The position numbers were made by a program, and so were the translations under genes. A stretch of DNA of 64,000 nt from Myxococcales bacterium (GTDB taxonomy: Bacteria > Myxococcota > UBA727 > JABDBI01), in the NCBI GenBank assembly GCA_023898405.1, contig CP060221.1, forward strand, positions 2,434,172 through 2,498,171, given 5' to 3'. Positions 30,745 through 40,701 of the stretch are shown here, piece by piece. The notes below the pieces were generated by a model. That model was not told the origin of the DNA and did not search any database. It worked only from the letters and a program-made list of their open reading frames with translations. Positions within the stretch are counted from its first letter, which is position 1. The number at the start of each line of letters is the position of its first letter.

Positions 30745-30928
30745 AATAATTCTCCAACCTAATTTATTTAAAAAACACAGTAACGCTATGATTTATCAGT
30801 GTTTACTGGTTTTATATTATTGTATTAATTGATGCTAACAACTAAGCGTGTGGATGCAGTAAAAAACAGCTTAATTAGGAAGCATAATCGGTGATTGACC
30901 ATAAATTTTAATAAATTAGACTCTTTTG

Positions 30929-32200
30929 ATGGCAATAAATAATAAAGGACAGATAGAGTGTGTTGTGCAATCCACGGCTTTTGGAGGGGAGGGTATTGCG
31001 CGCTGTGATGGAAAAGTTGTTTTTGTACCAGGGGCTCTTGAGGGTGAGCGAATCAATATCAGACTAGTCCAACAAAAAAAGTCCTATGCCCGTGCTCAAC
31101 TGCTTGAGGTTGTTAACCCCTCACCCAAGCGCATACAACCTTTATGTGAATTTTTCGCTCAGTGTGGCGGATGTCACTTTCAGCACCTTGATTATAGCTC
31201 TCAGCTCGATATTAAAAAGAATTTCGTTGAGGATGCTTTAAAAAGAATTGGAAGAATAGATGTTAGTGTGCACGGTCCTCAAAGTTCAAAGGAACAATGG
31301 TACTATCGTCGCCATATTCGTTTGCATTGGCACAATGGGCGATTAGGATTTATGCAAAATAAGTCCCATGCGCTTGTTGAGGCTAGCAATTGTCATATTT
31401 TTAGCGAAAGGGAGATAATACCAAAAATTAGGAAGTTATGTCATTCATTGGGCGAAGAGCTTCCTTATGAAATTTCCGTGCATAAATCTGGTGAACAATT
31501 TATTTTATTTTTTGAATTTTCGCGGTCACGGGGGAGTTATAAAAAGATTTTTGCTAAGGAAATTGAAAACAACGAACTTATTAAGGGAGTCATTTGGAAA
31601 GTAGGTAATCAATTTTTTGAATTGGGTAATGTTGTGATTCAATTTCCCTTGGGAAATTTAATTTTTAGTTATAATCCAAAAGTTTTTGTGCAGGCGAATC
31701 CACAGCAGAGCGAAGGCATTTATAATGAGATAAGTTTGCTTGCCAAGAAAAATAAAATGAATAAAATTTTAGATTTGTATTGTGGTTTCGGTGCGTCATC
31801 AATTTTATTAAGAAGCATGGGAATTGAGCTCTGCGGTATTGAAGTAAACCCAGAATCTATTCGTCTTGCCCGCCTAAATGAAAAAACTAATAAGCTTTAT
31901 GGCATAAGATGGATCGCGGGCGATGTAGAAAAGTTAGCAGGGAGTGCCTTTAACGAATTTCAGCCCGATTGTGTTTTAGTTAACCCGCCAAGAACAGGCC
32001 TTGCCTCAGTTGTTTGTCGAGAAATTCTTGAATATTTACCAGAGCATATTATTTACATCTCCTGTATGCCTGCTACTTTGGCCCGTGATATCAGTGCATT
32101 ATCGTGTTTTTATCGGGTGGAGTATTGTCAGAGCTTTGACATGTTTCCCCAAACCACACACATTGAAACCTTGGTTTATTTAAAGCGAAAAGAATTATGA
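30929..32200 (+). CDS. rlmD: 23S rRNA m5U1939 methyltransferase (RlmD/TrmA family)
   Basis: TRAM domain, C...CGGC [4Fe-4S] motif, LDLYCG, VNPPRTG, YISCMPATLARD, DMFPQTTHIE. Confidence 0.92.
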   Translation: MAINNKGQIECVVQSTAFGGEGIARCDGKVVFVPGALEGERINIRLVQQKKSYARAQLLEVVNPSPKRIQPLCEFFAQCGGCHFQHLDYSSQLDIKKNFVEDALKRIGRIDVSVHGPQSSKEQWYYRRHIRLHWHNGRLGFMQNKSHALVEASNCHIFSEREIIPKIRKLCHSLGEELPYEISVHKSGEQFILFFEFSRSRGSYKKIFAKEIENNELIKGVIWKVGNQFFELGNVVIQFPLGNLIFSYNPKVFVQANPQQSEGIYNEISLLAKKNKMNKILDLYCGFGASSILLRSMGIELCGIEVNPESIRLARLNEKTNKLYGIRWIAGDVEKLAGSAFNEFQPDCVLVNPPRTGLASVVCREILEYLPEHIIYISCMPATLARDISALSCFYRVEYCQSFDMFPQTTHIETLVYLKRKEL

Positions 32201-32301
32201 TGTATATTTCTTTGTTATATGTAGGTGTTCCTATTGTGAAAGATGGATAAGATGATATATTTTGAAATGAGATATTTTAACATTGTTTTTCAAGGTTAAT
32301 T

Positions 32302-33357
32302 ATGAGATTAAGTAATTTATTACAAAAAATTATTAAAATTACGTGTTTTTTTGGGGCACTGGTTCTATTTTCGTGTGATTCGATCCCAGAATCTAGCAAT
32401 AGGCTTGCAGATAAACTTGATTTATACGGGGGTTCATCACCAAATCATGAAGTAAGTAAGCCATTTGAATTTAAAAATAATTCAGAAGGCAAAGATATTT
32501 TTGATCTTTTCAGTAACAACAGTGGTTCTGACATACCACTTTTGAATTTCCCTAAAGAAGCTAATATTTTTGAAATTTATAAAAGCGGAGAGATTAAAAG
32601 TTCATTTGCCGATATTGCCGGACTTGAAAAGCCCAAAGAGTCTTTGAAAGATATCATAAAATATCTCAAAGACCCTGCTGATTTTAGACGTTTGGGGGCA
32701 GAGCCTCCGAGCGGTGTTATCTTTTATGGGCCCCCTGGAACGGGAAAAACTGCCATGGCGCGTGCCTTGGCTGGAGAAGTTGGAAAGGAAAAAGAGGTGT
32801 CTTTTATTGTTGCATCTGGTGCTAGCTTTGAAAATAAATATGTTGGTGTAGGGGCAGATAATGTTCGTAAACTCTTTGAGCTTGCCAGGAAAAATAAACC
32901 AGCAATTATTTTTATTGATGAATTTGATGCTGTAGCAGGTGTTCGAAGCGAAGAGAAAAAAAATGCACAGGTCGTTAATCAATTGCTCACAGAGCTTGAT
33001 GGATTTAGCAAAGAGGATAGAAACGATATTTTTATTATTGCCGCTACTAATTTGTTAAGTAGCATTGATCCTGCGGTAATTAGGCCGGGACGTATTGATC
33101 GAAAAATAAAAATTGGATTTCCGGATGAGATTGCTCGAAAAGCAATTTTAGGACATTACTTTTCTCTGGCTCCAGCCATAACCCATGCAAAAGCTCAAGA
33201 CTATGTGAGAGCAACGCGTAACTGGTCTGCTGCAGAAATTAAAGCCTTTGTTAACGAAGCGAGAATACATGCAACCATCAGGAATGCTCAGTATGTGGAC
33301 AAAAACGACCTTAACGCTGCATTGAAAAAGGTTCAAGACTCACGGGCTGGTCGCTAG
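32302..33357 (+). CDS. FtsH-like AAA+ ATPase with a lipoprotein signal and no peptidase domain
   Basis: Lipobox LVLFSC, GPPGTGKT, IIFIDEFD, AATN...DPAVIRPGRIDR. Ends at 351 aa without HExxH. Confidence 0.85.
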   Translation: MRLSNLLQKIIKITCFFGALVLFSCDSIPESSNRLADKLDLYGGSSPNHEVSKPFEFKNNSEGKDIFDLFSNNSGSDIPLLNFPKEANIFEIYKSGEIKSSFADIAGLEKPKESLKDIIKYLKDPADFRRLGAEPPSGVIFYGPPGTGKTAMARALAGEVGKEKEVSFIVASGASFENKYVGVGADNVRKLFELARKNKPAIIFIDEFDAVAGVRSEEKKNAQVVNQLLTELDGFSKEDRNDIFIIAATNLLSSIDPAVIRPGRIDRKIKIGFPDEIARKAILGHYFSLAPAITHAKAQDYVRATRNWSAAEIKAFVNEARIHATIRNAQYVDKNDLNAALKKVQDSRAGR

Positions 33358-33420
33358 TGTTATAAATTAGGTTTTTAACTCAAATATAGACATACTGTCA
33401 GTGCCGTTTACATAGAGGGG

Positions 33421-33972
33421 ATGCACATGCAAACTTTTAACAAAAAAGCAGGGGGCTATAGTCCTTACATAGCCGGAGCTCTCGTTGGGTTTTTGGCGAT
33501 AGCGTCTGCTTATTTTACAACCCAACTGCTTGGAAAGACGCACTACCTTGGAGCTTCTACCACTTTTGTGAGAGCTGCAGGACTACTTGAATCGAGTGTT
33601 GCGGGTGAACATGTCGAGAACAATAAATATTACAGTGAAGAGCATGTCAAGTTTGACTGGCAGTTCATATTTGTAATTGGTATTTTTTTGGGTGCGCTTA
33701 TTTCAGCAAAGTCAGATAAAAGTTTTAAGTGGGAAAAAGTGCCTCCCATTTGGCAAGAACGGTTTGGAAATTCTGTTAGTCGTCGCGCCCTATGGGCAAT
33801 TGTAGGTGGTGCCATTGCTATGATAGGTGCACGGATGGCTGGAGGATGCCCCAGTGGTCACGGATTGAGCGGGCTTATGCAGCTATCGATGAGCGGCCTG
33901 CTTGCGCTCATCATGTTCTTTTTGGGTGGTGTGGTAGTTGCTCACCTAGTGTATAGGAGAAAATCCTCATGA
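33421..33972 (+). CDS. YeeE/YedE-family sulfur-compound transporter, subunit 1
   Basis: GARMAGGCPSGH motif and multiple TM helices. Confidence 0.9.
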   Translation: MHMQTFNKKAGGYSPYIAGALVGFLAIASAYFTTQLLGKTHYLGASTTFVRAAGLLESSVAGEHVENNKYYSEEHVKFDWQFIFVIGIFLGALISAKSDKSFKWEKVPPIWQERFGNSVSRRALWAIVGGAIAMIGARMAGGCPSGHGLSGLMQLSMSGLLALIMFFLGGVVVAHLVYRRKSS

Positions 33973-34499
33973 GTACAGAACTTATTTTGGGACTTATTAC
34001 TGGAATAATTTTTGGGTTTTTGTTGCAAAAAGGACGCGTCTTGCGCTTTGAAAAGCAGATTGGCGCATTACTATTTCGAGACATGACCATTTTTAAATTT
34101 ATGTTATCGGCCATTTTGGTGGGGATGGTAGGCGTAACCCTCCTTTCCGATTTAAATCTTATTTCATTGAGTCATAAACCCATGAATGTGGGAGGAATCA
34201 TTATAGGCGGAGGGCTTTTTGGTATTGGTTGGGGAATTATGGGCTATTGCCCTGGAACTTCAGTCGGAGCGTTAGGGGAAGGACGGTGGCATGCGATTTT
34301 TGCCGTTTTAGGGATGATTTTGGGAGCAGCTATCTATGCCGAAATTTATCCTTGGGTGAAAACAAATATTTTAAGCATAAAAGATCTAGGAAAAATAAGC
34401 ATTCCTGAATTTTTTGGTATCTCTCAATGGTTGATGATAGGAGCCTTCTGGTTTGTTGTCATTTACTTGTTTTCTTGGTTTGAAAAAAAGAATCTTTAG
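33969..34499 (+). CDS. YeeE/YedE-family sulfur-compound transporter, subunit 2
   Basis: FGFLLQKG, FGIGWGIMGYCPGT. ATGA overlap with the upstream gene. Confidence 0.9.
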   Translation: MSTELILGLITGIIFGFLLQKGRVLRFEKQIGALLFRDMTIFKFMLSAILVGMVGVTLLSDLNLISLSHKPMNVGGIIIGGGLFGIGWGIMGYCPGTSVGALGEGRWHAIFAVLGMILGAAIYAEIYPWVKTNILSIKDLGKISIPEFFGISQWLMIGAFWFVVIYLFSWFEKKNL

Positions 34500-34633
34500 T
34501 TTTGTAAAAAATTTTCAGGGCGCATAATGTTTTAAAAATAAACAGCATGGATTTCATTGTGCGTCTAAGCCCGTTTCAATTTTTTGAGTAGGTGCTCGTT
34601 TACACGTCATTAAAATGTTGGTGATATGTGCAT

Positions 34634-35515
34634 ATGGATCAGAATCAGGCAATTCGCAACTTTGTTTGGCCCATGCAGCAATGCCTCAAGGATATCAAGG
34701 ACTTTGCTGAGCTTTTAGAGGAAAGTAAGGGCCATGCGAAAAATCTCCATTGTATAAGAATTTCACTGAGAAAACTCTATGTTTTGATAGAGATGCAAAC
34801 TGATATTTTTCCTGAGATTGCTCATTATAAAAATATAACCCACGAACTCAAAAAACTAAGATCTGAACTAAGCATTGTACGTGATTGGGATGTGTTTAAG
34901 CAGATGCTGTTCCCAGTGCCAATACTTACTCTATCAAAAAAGAAGTGGTATAAAAAAATCGAAGACGATATTAATCAAATTTATCTAAAAGAGTATGATA
35001 GAATCAGAAAAATTTTTGATGAAAAATACTCTGAAAATATTTTGAAAAAAATATCTGGCCTCATAGAGTCACTTACAATCTTTTATCGTGCAAGAAATAT
35101 CGATAGAGCAATAAAGGATGCTTGCAGGCGAATATTAGAACAGGATCGAACTACGCTTATAAAATTTCTTGATAAAAGTCGCTCATTGTGGGGGCTCTCT
35201 ACGGAACAACAACATAAACTAAGAATCATTAGTAAAAATTATTTATATAAATTGAAGTTTCTAAGAAATATCTTTGGCAAAAAAATTAAAAAAGAAATTA
35301 AAAATATGAAAAAAATTCAAGATATTTTATCTGAGGTCAGAGATTTTTGTATGGCGAAAAAAAAAGCTCAACTATTATTGGACAACGAAAATAACTGCCA
35401 CTATTTTTTGCTCGTAGGAGAAATCATGGGCAGAAAAGGAGCTCTTTTAGATGGGCTGGATAGAAAATTTTTTGAAAAATGGAAGGAATTTATTCATCTT
35501 CATCTGCCTTCTTAG
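34634..35515 (+). CDS. CHAD-domain (polyphosphate-binding) protein
   Basis: LHCIRISLRKL, LSIVRDWDV, HKLRIISKNYLY, IQDILSEVRD. Confidence 0.82.
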   Translation: MDQNQAIRNFVWPMQQCLKDIKDFAELLEESKGHAKNLHCIRISLRKLYVLIEMQTDIFPEIAHYKNITHELKKLRSELSIVRDWDVFKQMLFPVPILTLSKKKWYKKIEDDINQIYLKEYDRIRKIFDEKYSENILKKISGLIESLTIFYRARNIDRAIKDACRRILEQDRTTLIKFLDKSRSLWGLSTEQQHKLRIISKNYLYKLKFLRNIFGKKIKKEIKNMKKIQDILSEVRDFCMAKKKAQLLLDNENNCHYFLLVGEIMGRKGALLDGLDRKFFEKWKEFIHLHLPS

Positions 35516-35609
35516 CTTAAGCTGCTAGCAAAGCGGAATTTTATCCCTTAGCGCATCAAAATCTCTTCATTTATGAAGAGGATAATATGCGCGTTTACCG
35601 ACAGTGTTT

Positions 35610-36017
35610 CTAGCCTGGAGAATTTTGTGCTTCAATATATTTGCGCACGATTTCGACCGGCGCCCCACCGCAAGAGCCAGCAAAATAGCTCGGTGACCAC
35701 AACACACCTTTGTAATATCTTTTTTCTAGCTCAGGCCAGTTTTGCCTAAGTCTCCGTGACGAAACACCTTTTAGGCTATTTACTAGCTTAGCGATTGAGA
35801 CTTTTGGTGGATAATGAATGAGCATGTGCACATGATCCTCTTCACCATTAAATTCTTTCAAAATCACCTGATGTTCATTGGTAATTTTTTCGAAAATTCT
35901 TTTCATATCATCAAGTATATTTTTATTAAGCACTTTTCTTCGATATTTTGTCACAAAAACCAAATGAGCGTGAAGATTAAAAACAACATGTCTTCCAGTA
36001 CGAACTTCGCTTGACAT
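35610..36017 (-). CDS. tnpA: Y1 HUH transposase TnpA
   Basis: HLVFVTKYRR, EEDHVHML (HUH), NSLKGVSSR, LWSPSYF. Confidence 0.96.
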   Translation of the reverse strand: MSSEVRTGRHVVFNLHAHLVFVTKYRRKVLNKNILDDMKRIFEKITNEHQVILKEFNGEEDHVHMLIHYPPKVSIAKLVNSLKGVSSRRLRQNWPELEKRYYKGVLWSPSYFAGSCGGAPVEIVRKYIEAQNSPG

Positions 36018-36046
36018 TAGACCAGACCTATTGAAAAATAAAAGCT

Positions 36047-37207
36047 ATGAATATTTAAAAAGCTTTTAAATTCAGACTTAAGACCAATAGTATCACCTCG
36101 GTGCAGTTGGCAAGCATTGCTGGTTGCAATCGCTTAGTTTGGAATAAAGCTTTGGCATATCAAAAGGAACGTTTAGAGAACAAAGAGTATACGCTTTCAT
36201 ATTACAAAATGGCGCCGCTTTTGCTTGAATGGAAAAAAGAGCATACTTTCCTAGGTGATTGCCCATCGCAGAGCCTTCAGGAAACTTTAATGGCTCAAGA
36301 CCGGGACATTAAAGACGCATTCAATAAAAAGAGCGCTAAGAAATTTCCTCAGTTCAAAAAGAAAGGCCAATGCGATAGTTTTAGATATCCGCAGGGCATC
36401 AAAGTTAGTGACAATCGAGTATTTTTGCCTAAAATCGGTTGGGTGGGATTTTTTAAAAGCCGGGATATTTTAGGCACCATCAAAAATGCCACTGTATCGA
36501 AAAAAGGTGAGCATTGGTTTGTTTCAATTTAAACTGAACAAGAAGTGGCAAAACCGGTCCATGACTCAACTTCCATAGTGGGCGTTGATTTGGGAGTTAC
36601 AAAATTCGCCACTCTTTCGAATGGGCGAGTATACGAAGCCAAAAATAGTTTTAAGAAGCGGCAAACGCGTTTAGCGAAGCTGCAACAACGATTAACTAAA
36701 AAGAAAAAAGGATCTTCGAACTTTAAAAAACTTAAAAAGAGAATCAACAAACTACACACAAAAATATTCAATATCCGGCAAGACTATTTGCACGAAGTAA
36801 GCACTGACATCAGCAAAAACCACGCTTTGGTTGTGCTTGAAGATTTAAAGGTGGCGAATATGAGCAAGTCGGCCAGTGGAACCATTGAAGAACCAGGAAA
36901 GATGGTGGCGGCCAAGTCAGGCTTAAACCGTTCGATTTTGGATCAAGGTTGGCACAGCTTTAAAAGCATGCTGAACTATAAGCTGGAGCATCTTGGTGGT
37001 GAATTGTTGCTGGTAGATCCTCGCTATACCTCGCAAAAGTGCTCAAGCTGCGGACATACCGAAAAGGAAAACCGCTTAAGCCAGGCGCACTTTGTTTGTG
37101 TAAGTTGTGGACATAAAGAAAACGCCGATATAAATGCGGCTAAAAATATCTTGGCGGTGGGGCACACCGTTCTAAGCCTGCAACCTAAAGTAGCACTCGC
37201 TGCGTAG
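36047..37207 (+). pseudogene. tnpB: RNA-guided nuclease TnpB, with two in-frame TAA stops
   Basis: One frame: MNI*KAFKFRL ... WFVSI*TEQE (stops at 36056-36058 and 36530-36532). RuvC motifs VGVDLG, VLEDL, NADINAA and a CxxC-CxxC finger. Confidence 0.92.
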
Positions 37208-37249
37208 GGTCAGGAATCTCCCGGCATTCATGCCGGAGAGGATGTCAAT

Positions 37250-37684
37250 CCACAAAATTCTAAATTAATCGGCGAATATCAATCACAAATTAATCACGGA
37301 CAAACACGGGCACAAGTTGTCTGGAAACGAATTATTTTTCCTAACCAGCGTTCAGTTGATTTAGGTGCTATGACGGGTGTGGATTCGAGTGGAACCAGCG
37401 GAACAAATGGCACAGTCAACAACCACTATGACAAGGTCGTAATTGGACTTTTACTGACAACAGCACTAAATGCAGGTGTCCGAATAACTCAAGGGAAATA
37501 TGACCAAAATTCAGCGAACTTGACTCAAGAACTGGGCAACTCATTGGCTCAAGAGACTTCTCGACTAGGAAACAGGATAGCTGATAAAATGCTATCCACC
37601 CTTCCTACTATCAAGGTACCTATGGGTAAGAGACTGAATGTTTTTGTTGAACAAGATTTTAGTTTGGAACCTTATTTAAATTAA
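37250..37684 (+). pseudogene. VirB10/TrbI (type IV secretion) C-terminal fragment
   Basis: PQNSKLIGEY....GQTRAQVVWKRIIFP...VDLG.M.GVD..G...V.NHY, PTIKVPMGKRLNVFV.QD. 5' end cut at the IS605 RE. Confidence 0.88.
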
Positions 37685-37741
37685 TATGAATGGTTTTCGT
37701 TTCATGGCTCTCTGAAAAGCATAACCGAGTTTCATAATACT

Positions 37742-37780
37742 TCCAAAGGCTTTCCTCTTAGAAAGCCTTTGGATTTTTTT
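37742..37780. terminator. Rho-independent terminator between convergent virB10 stub and higA
   Basis: 13-bp stem TCCAAAGGCTTTC-ctctta-GAAAGCCTTTGGA followed by a T-run. Confidence 0.8.
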
Positions 37781-37784
37781 ATGT

Positions 37785-38072
37785 TCAGGCTGCCAATTTC
37801 AGCTGCCGTATTTTTGGCTTAGGTCTCATTTTTTGAACCTTCCAAATTTCATAGTCGCGCTGAAGATTTAGCCACATTTCGATGCTTGTTCCCAACAACA
37901 TAGCAAGACGCATAGCCATTTCAGCACTAATGCCAGAGTGTCCGTTAAAAAGCCTCGAAAGGGTAGTTCTTTGCACGCAAAGCTTTTGCGCGGCTTCACT
38001 AACGGTTAACCCTGTTTCTTCATTACAAAGGGCATCTCTTACTATTTCACCTGGGTGAAGTGGTTTATGCAC
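37785..38072 (-). CDS. higA: HigA-family antitoxin (HTH)
   Basis: PLHPGEI, AA.KL.V.R.TLSRL.NG..GISAEMA.RL...LGTS.EMWLNLQ..Y. Confidence 0.93.
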   Translation of the reverse strand: MHKPLHPGEIVRDALCNEETGLTVSEAAQKLCVQRTTLSRLFNGHSGISAEMAMRLAMLLGTSIEMWLNLQRDYEIWKVQKMRPKPKIRQLKLAA

Positions 38073-38084
38073 GTCAAATCCTCC

Positions 38085-38363
38085 TTAATGATAATCAAGG
38101 TAATCGATTAAATAGGCATCATTTTCTACAAACTCAAAAATGATTCTCCAATTTCCGCTTACCGTAACCGAGTAAAAGCCTTTCAGATCTCCTTTGAGTT
38201 CATGAAATCTCATTCCCGGTGTATTCATGTCTTTGGCATCAATGGCAGCATTGAGCCGCTGTAGAATGATTTTAAGGCGCTTTTCATGGGAGGCTATAAT
38301 TCCCTTTTTGCTTCCTTTTAGGAAAAATTCTCTAACACCTTTGTGTTGCCAAGACTTTATCAT
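38085..38363 (-). CDS. higB: HigB-family (RelE-like) toxin
   Basis: MIKSWQHKG...FF, LHxLKG-like RFHELKGDLKGFYSVTVSGNWRIIF, DYLDYH. True start is the ATG at 38363. Confidence 0.93.
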   Translation of the reverse strand: MIKSWQHKGVREFFLKGSKKGIIASHEKRLKIILQRLNAAIDAKDMNTPGMRFHELKGDLKGFYSVTVSGNWRIIFEFVENDAYLIDYLDYH

Positions 38364-38371
38364 GCCATCAT

Positions 38372-38399
38372 ATGTAACATGTAGCGTAACGCGCGTCAA
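38372..38399 (-). promoter_or_regulatory. Putative higBA promoter/operator
   Basis: TTGACG on the minus strand (38394-38399) and two short near-palindromes, ATGTAACAT and GCGTAACGC, just upstream of higB. Confidence 0.4.
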
Positions 38400-38415
38400 G
38401 TTGATCCAATTTTGA

Positions 38416-39506
38416 GAGGGCATCCGAAAAGTTTTAGCCTTCGGGCATGATCGTAGAGAAATAAATTTAAAAAAAGCAGGTGGCTTTCTATAGTTTTCTG
38501 CCCAGGACCCATAAATATCTGTTCGAGAGCATAGCATCGCAAGGCTAATCAAATCTATGCCATGAAAGATGATCGCGAACACGTCTATCGAAGAAGAAAA
38601 GCTCTATCCTGGTCGTAACCTCCTTGTCATGGTGTTTATGGCCGCAAATTTGATCCACGCCTCAGAGTTGCGAGGTAGATACTCGTAGTCTTTGCTCAGT
38701 CGCCTTTGGCTGTTGAGCCAACCGAAAGTTCTCTCAACGACCCAACGAAATTTGACGATCTGAAATTTTTTTCGAGGTCTTTTTACTATTTTCAACAAAG
38801 CATTGAAAAGATCTGATACCCACTGTTTAAGCGGCTCGCCACTATACCCGCCATCGCCAAAAAAGATCTTTATGCTGGAAAATAATGGCTTCAATCGTCG
38901 CAGAAGCAGTTTCGCTCCAGCCCGCTCTGAAATCGCCGCAGAGTGAACAACAACCGCAAGGACAAGGCCCAAAATATCTGTTGCTAGATGACGCTTACGA
39001 CCTTTGATCTTCTTGGCACCGTCGTATCCTTTTTCTATTGCAGGGACCGCAGTTTTAACGCTTTGACTGTCGACGATTGCAGCGCTTGGCTCTGTGCTTC
39101 TTCCAGCGTCAACCCTCACCATATCGCGCAGGACATGCAAAATGCGCTCAAAGGTACCGTCCTTCGACCAAGTCGAAAAATACTCATACACCGTTGATTT
39201 GGGTGGAAAGTCTAGCGGAAGAAGCTCCCACTGACATCCAGTTCTAAGCATGTAGCGGCAGCCATTGACTACATCGCGCATATCAGTCTTACGTGGTCTT
39301 CCGCCGGGCTTTGCTGGTGGAATTAGCGGCTCAATAAGTCGCCACTGCTCATCACTCAAATCAGTCTTGCATCGATTTTTCATAATTTACGTCGTTGCAT
39401 TTTTGATTGCATAGATTAATTTTCAACAACGACGGTATGAATTTCGTTCTCTTTTGAACAGTAGTTCGACCTCAAAATTTTTGGGTAACCCTTTTCGGAT
39501 ACCCTC
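38416..39506 (-). mobile_element. IS5-family element type b, copy 1 (1091 bp)
   Basis: IRs GAGGGCATCCGAAAAG / CTTTTCGGATACCCTC. Flanks TGA and TTA do not form a duplication. Near-identical to 55371-56461. Confidence 0.92.
38604..39383 (-). CDS. IS5-family transposase
   Basis: TDLSDEQWRLIEP, RTGCQWELLP.DFPP, IVDSQSVK, GAKKIKGRKRH, RWVVERTFGWL. Confidence 0.94.
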   Translation of the reverse strand: MKNRCKTDLSDEQWRLIEPLIPPAKPGGRPRKTDMRDVVNGCRYMLRTGCQWELLPLDFPPKSTVYEYFSTWSKDGTFERILHVLRDMVRVDAGRSTEPSAAIVDSQSVKTAVPAIEKGYDGAKKIKGRKRHLATDILGLVLAVVVHSAAISERAGAKLLLRRLKPLFSSIKIFFGDGGYSGEPLKQWVSDLFNALLKIVKRPRKKFQIVKFRWVVERTFGWLNSQRRLSKDYEYLPRNSEAWIKFAAINTMTRRLRPG

Positions 39507-39597
39507 TTATAAAATGTGCTATTTGCATTTCTCGGCAGCTCTTGAGGGTAGATCAGGTTATTCCAATCTTCTGTTCTCTTGAAGCTGCCGATTCGTT

Positions 39598-40572
39598 TCA
39601 ATTTCGACCAAAGTCGAGCTTATTAAAAAGCAATAACTGAGCTTGTGCATCTTTAATGGCGGCGCTCATCTCTCTTGCCTGTTCATTAATATTAGCATTA
39701 GCGCTTACTAGAAGATTCCTGAGGTAGTTTTCATAAACGGCAGCACTCTGTACTAATTTCTGAGTGGATTCTTGGCTTACTGTTTTTGGAACTATCTCTC
39801 TAATAATACGGTTAAAAGTCAGAAAAGCACTGGCAAAGATAAGTTTTAAGCCATCGCTTTGAGAATAAGTCCTAAATTCCGACTCATTGGGCATTCCTAT
39901 TTCATCTAGCTCACTATCGAATAGGGAACCAATTTTATTCTTGGAATATAAATGTTTTATGTCGAAGATAATATTTTGGTATCTTTCTAGAAGTTCTTTT
40001 TCAGTCGGGAATGTTGGCTCCGTTTTGGCCTCTAAGTGAAGCTTTAGCATGTCCGACATAAGTCCTGTGTCAAAGGCAAAAACTTTTTTGCTTTGGGGAT
40101 CGTATGAAAGATTATCAAACTTTAAATCATCGAAATCCAAGCCAGAGGAGAGGATGCCTTTCATAAACCTTAAGTAGGCCAATCTAAAATCTTTATTTAG
40201 GACAAATGCCAATTCTTCAATGGTTTCTCCTGGTGCTTTTTTTTGGAAAAAATGGAGGGCTTGATTCGGATCAAAACTAAATAAGGTAGTCGGCCCTAAA
40301 CCAATGGCGTAAACAAAAAATGAGCCAAATTTATCGATACAATGCTGATTAGCAAGTTTTGGCTGCGCCTTCTTTATGTACCAAATATCGTTATTGTTGT
40401 TTGACTTTGAGGTAGGCGTAAGCTGGTAGACAATATTGATATCACCCTTTCCTATCTCTGAGCCTTGTTGGTACGCCACTCCGAATATATTATAAGTATT
40501 TGCCACCAAGGTGTTTGAACTTAGTAGCTTGATCATTAGAATAAAATAAACTTTTTTTAAAAGTGAAAGCAT
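39598..40572 (-). CDS. Secreted protein-kinase-like protein
   Basis: IGKGDINIVY (Gly loop), WYIKK (beta3 Lys), DDLKFDNL (catalytic loop), AFDTG (DFG-like). Signal-like N-terminus. Confidence 0.65.
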   Translation of the reverse strand: MLSLLKKVYFILMIKLLSSNTLVANTYNIFGVAYQQGSEIGKGDINIVYQLTPTSKSNNNNDIWYIKKAQPKLANQHCIDKFGSFFVYAIGLGPTTLFSFDPNQALHFFQKKAPGETIEELAFVLNKDFRLAYLRFMKGILSSGLDFDDLKFDNLSYDPQSKKVFAFDTGLMSDMLKLHLEAKTEPTFPTEKELLERYQNIIFDIKHLYSKNKIGSLFDSELDEIGMPNESEFRTYSQSDGLKLIFASAFLTFNRIIREIVPKTVSQESTQKLVQSAAVYENYLRNLLVSANANINEQAREMSAAIKDAQAQLLLFNKLDFGRN

Positions 40573-40701
40573 AATGAATAATCCTTAAAATTAAAATAAT
40601 TTTAAAATAAAAAATACAACTAATTAAAAATTTAATCTAATACAAATAAAACAATAGTCAATCGAGATTTGCCTCCAGGGCGTACGCATGAGTAAATAAA
40701 T

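Larger units (their letters stand above)
35545..37248. mobile_element. IS200/IS605-family element (IS605 group, divergent tnpA/tnpB)
   Basis: TTAT at 35541-35544 precedes the LE hairpin CTCTTCAT-tt-ATGAAGAG. The RE has guide GAAT, hairpin CTCCCGGC...GCCGGAGAG and terminal TCAA (37245-37248). LE junction +/- 1 bp uncertain. Confidence 0.85.

Noticed and set aside
36047-36545. TAA read as Gln (alternative genetic code) because both tnpB stops fall where Gln fits
   Set aside because: TAA terminates core genes here (rimP, nusA, truA), so CAA-to-TAA decay is the simpler explanation.
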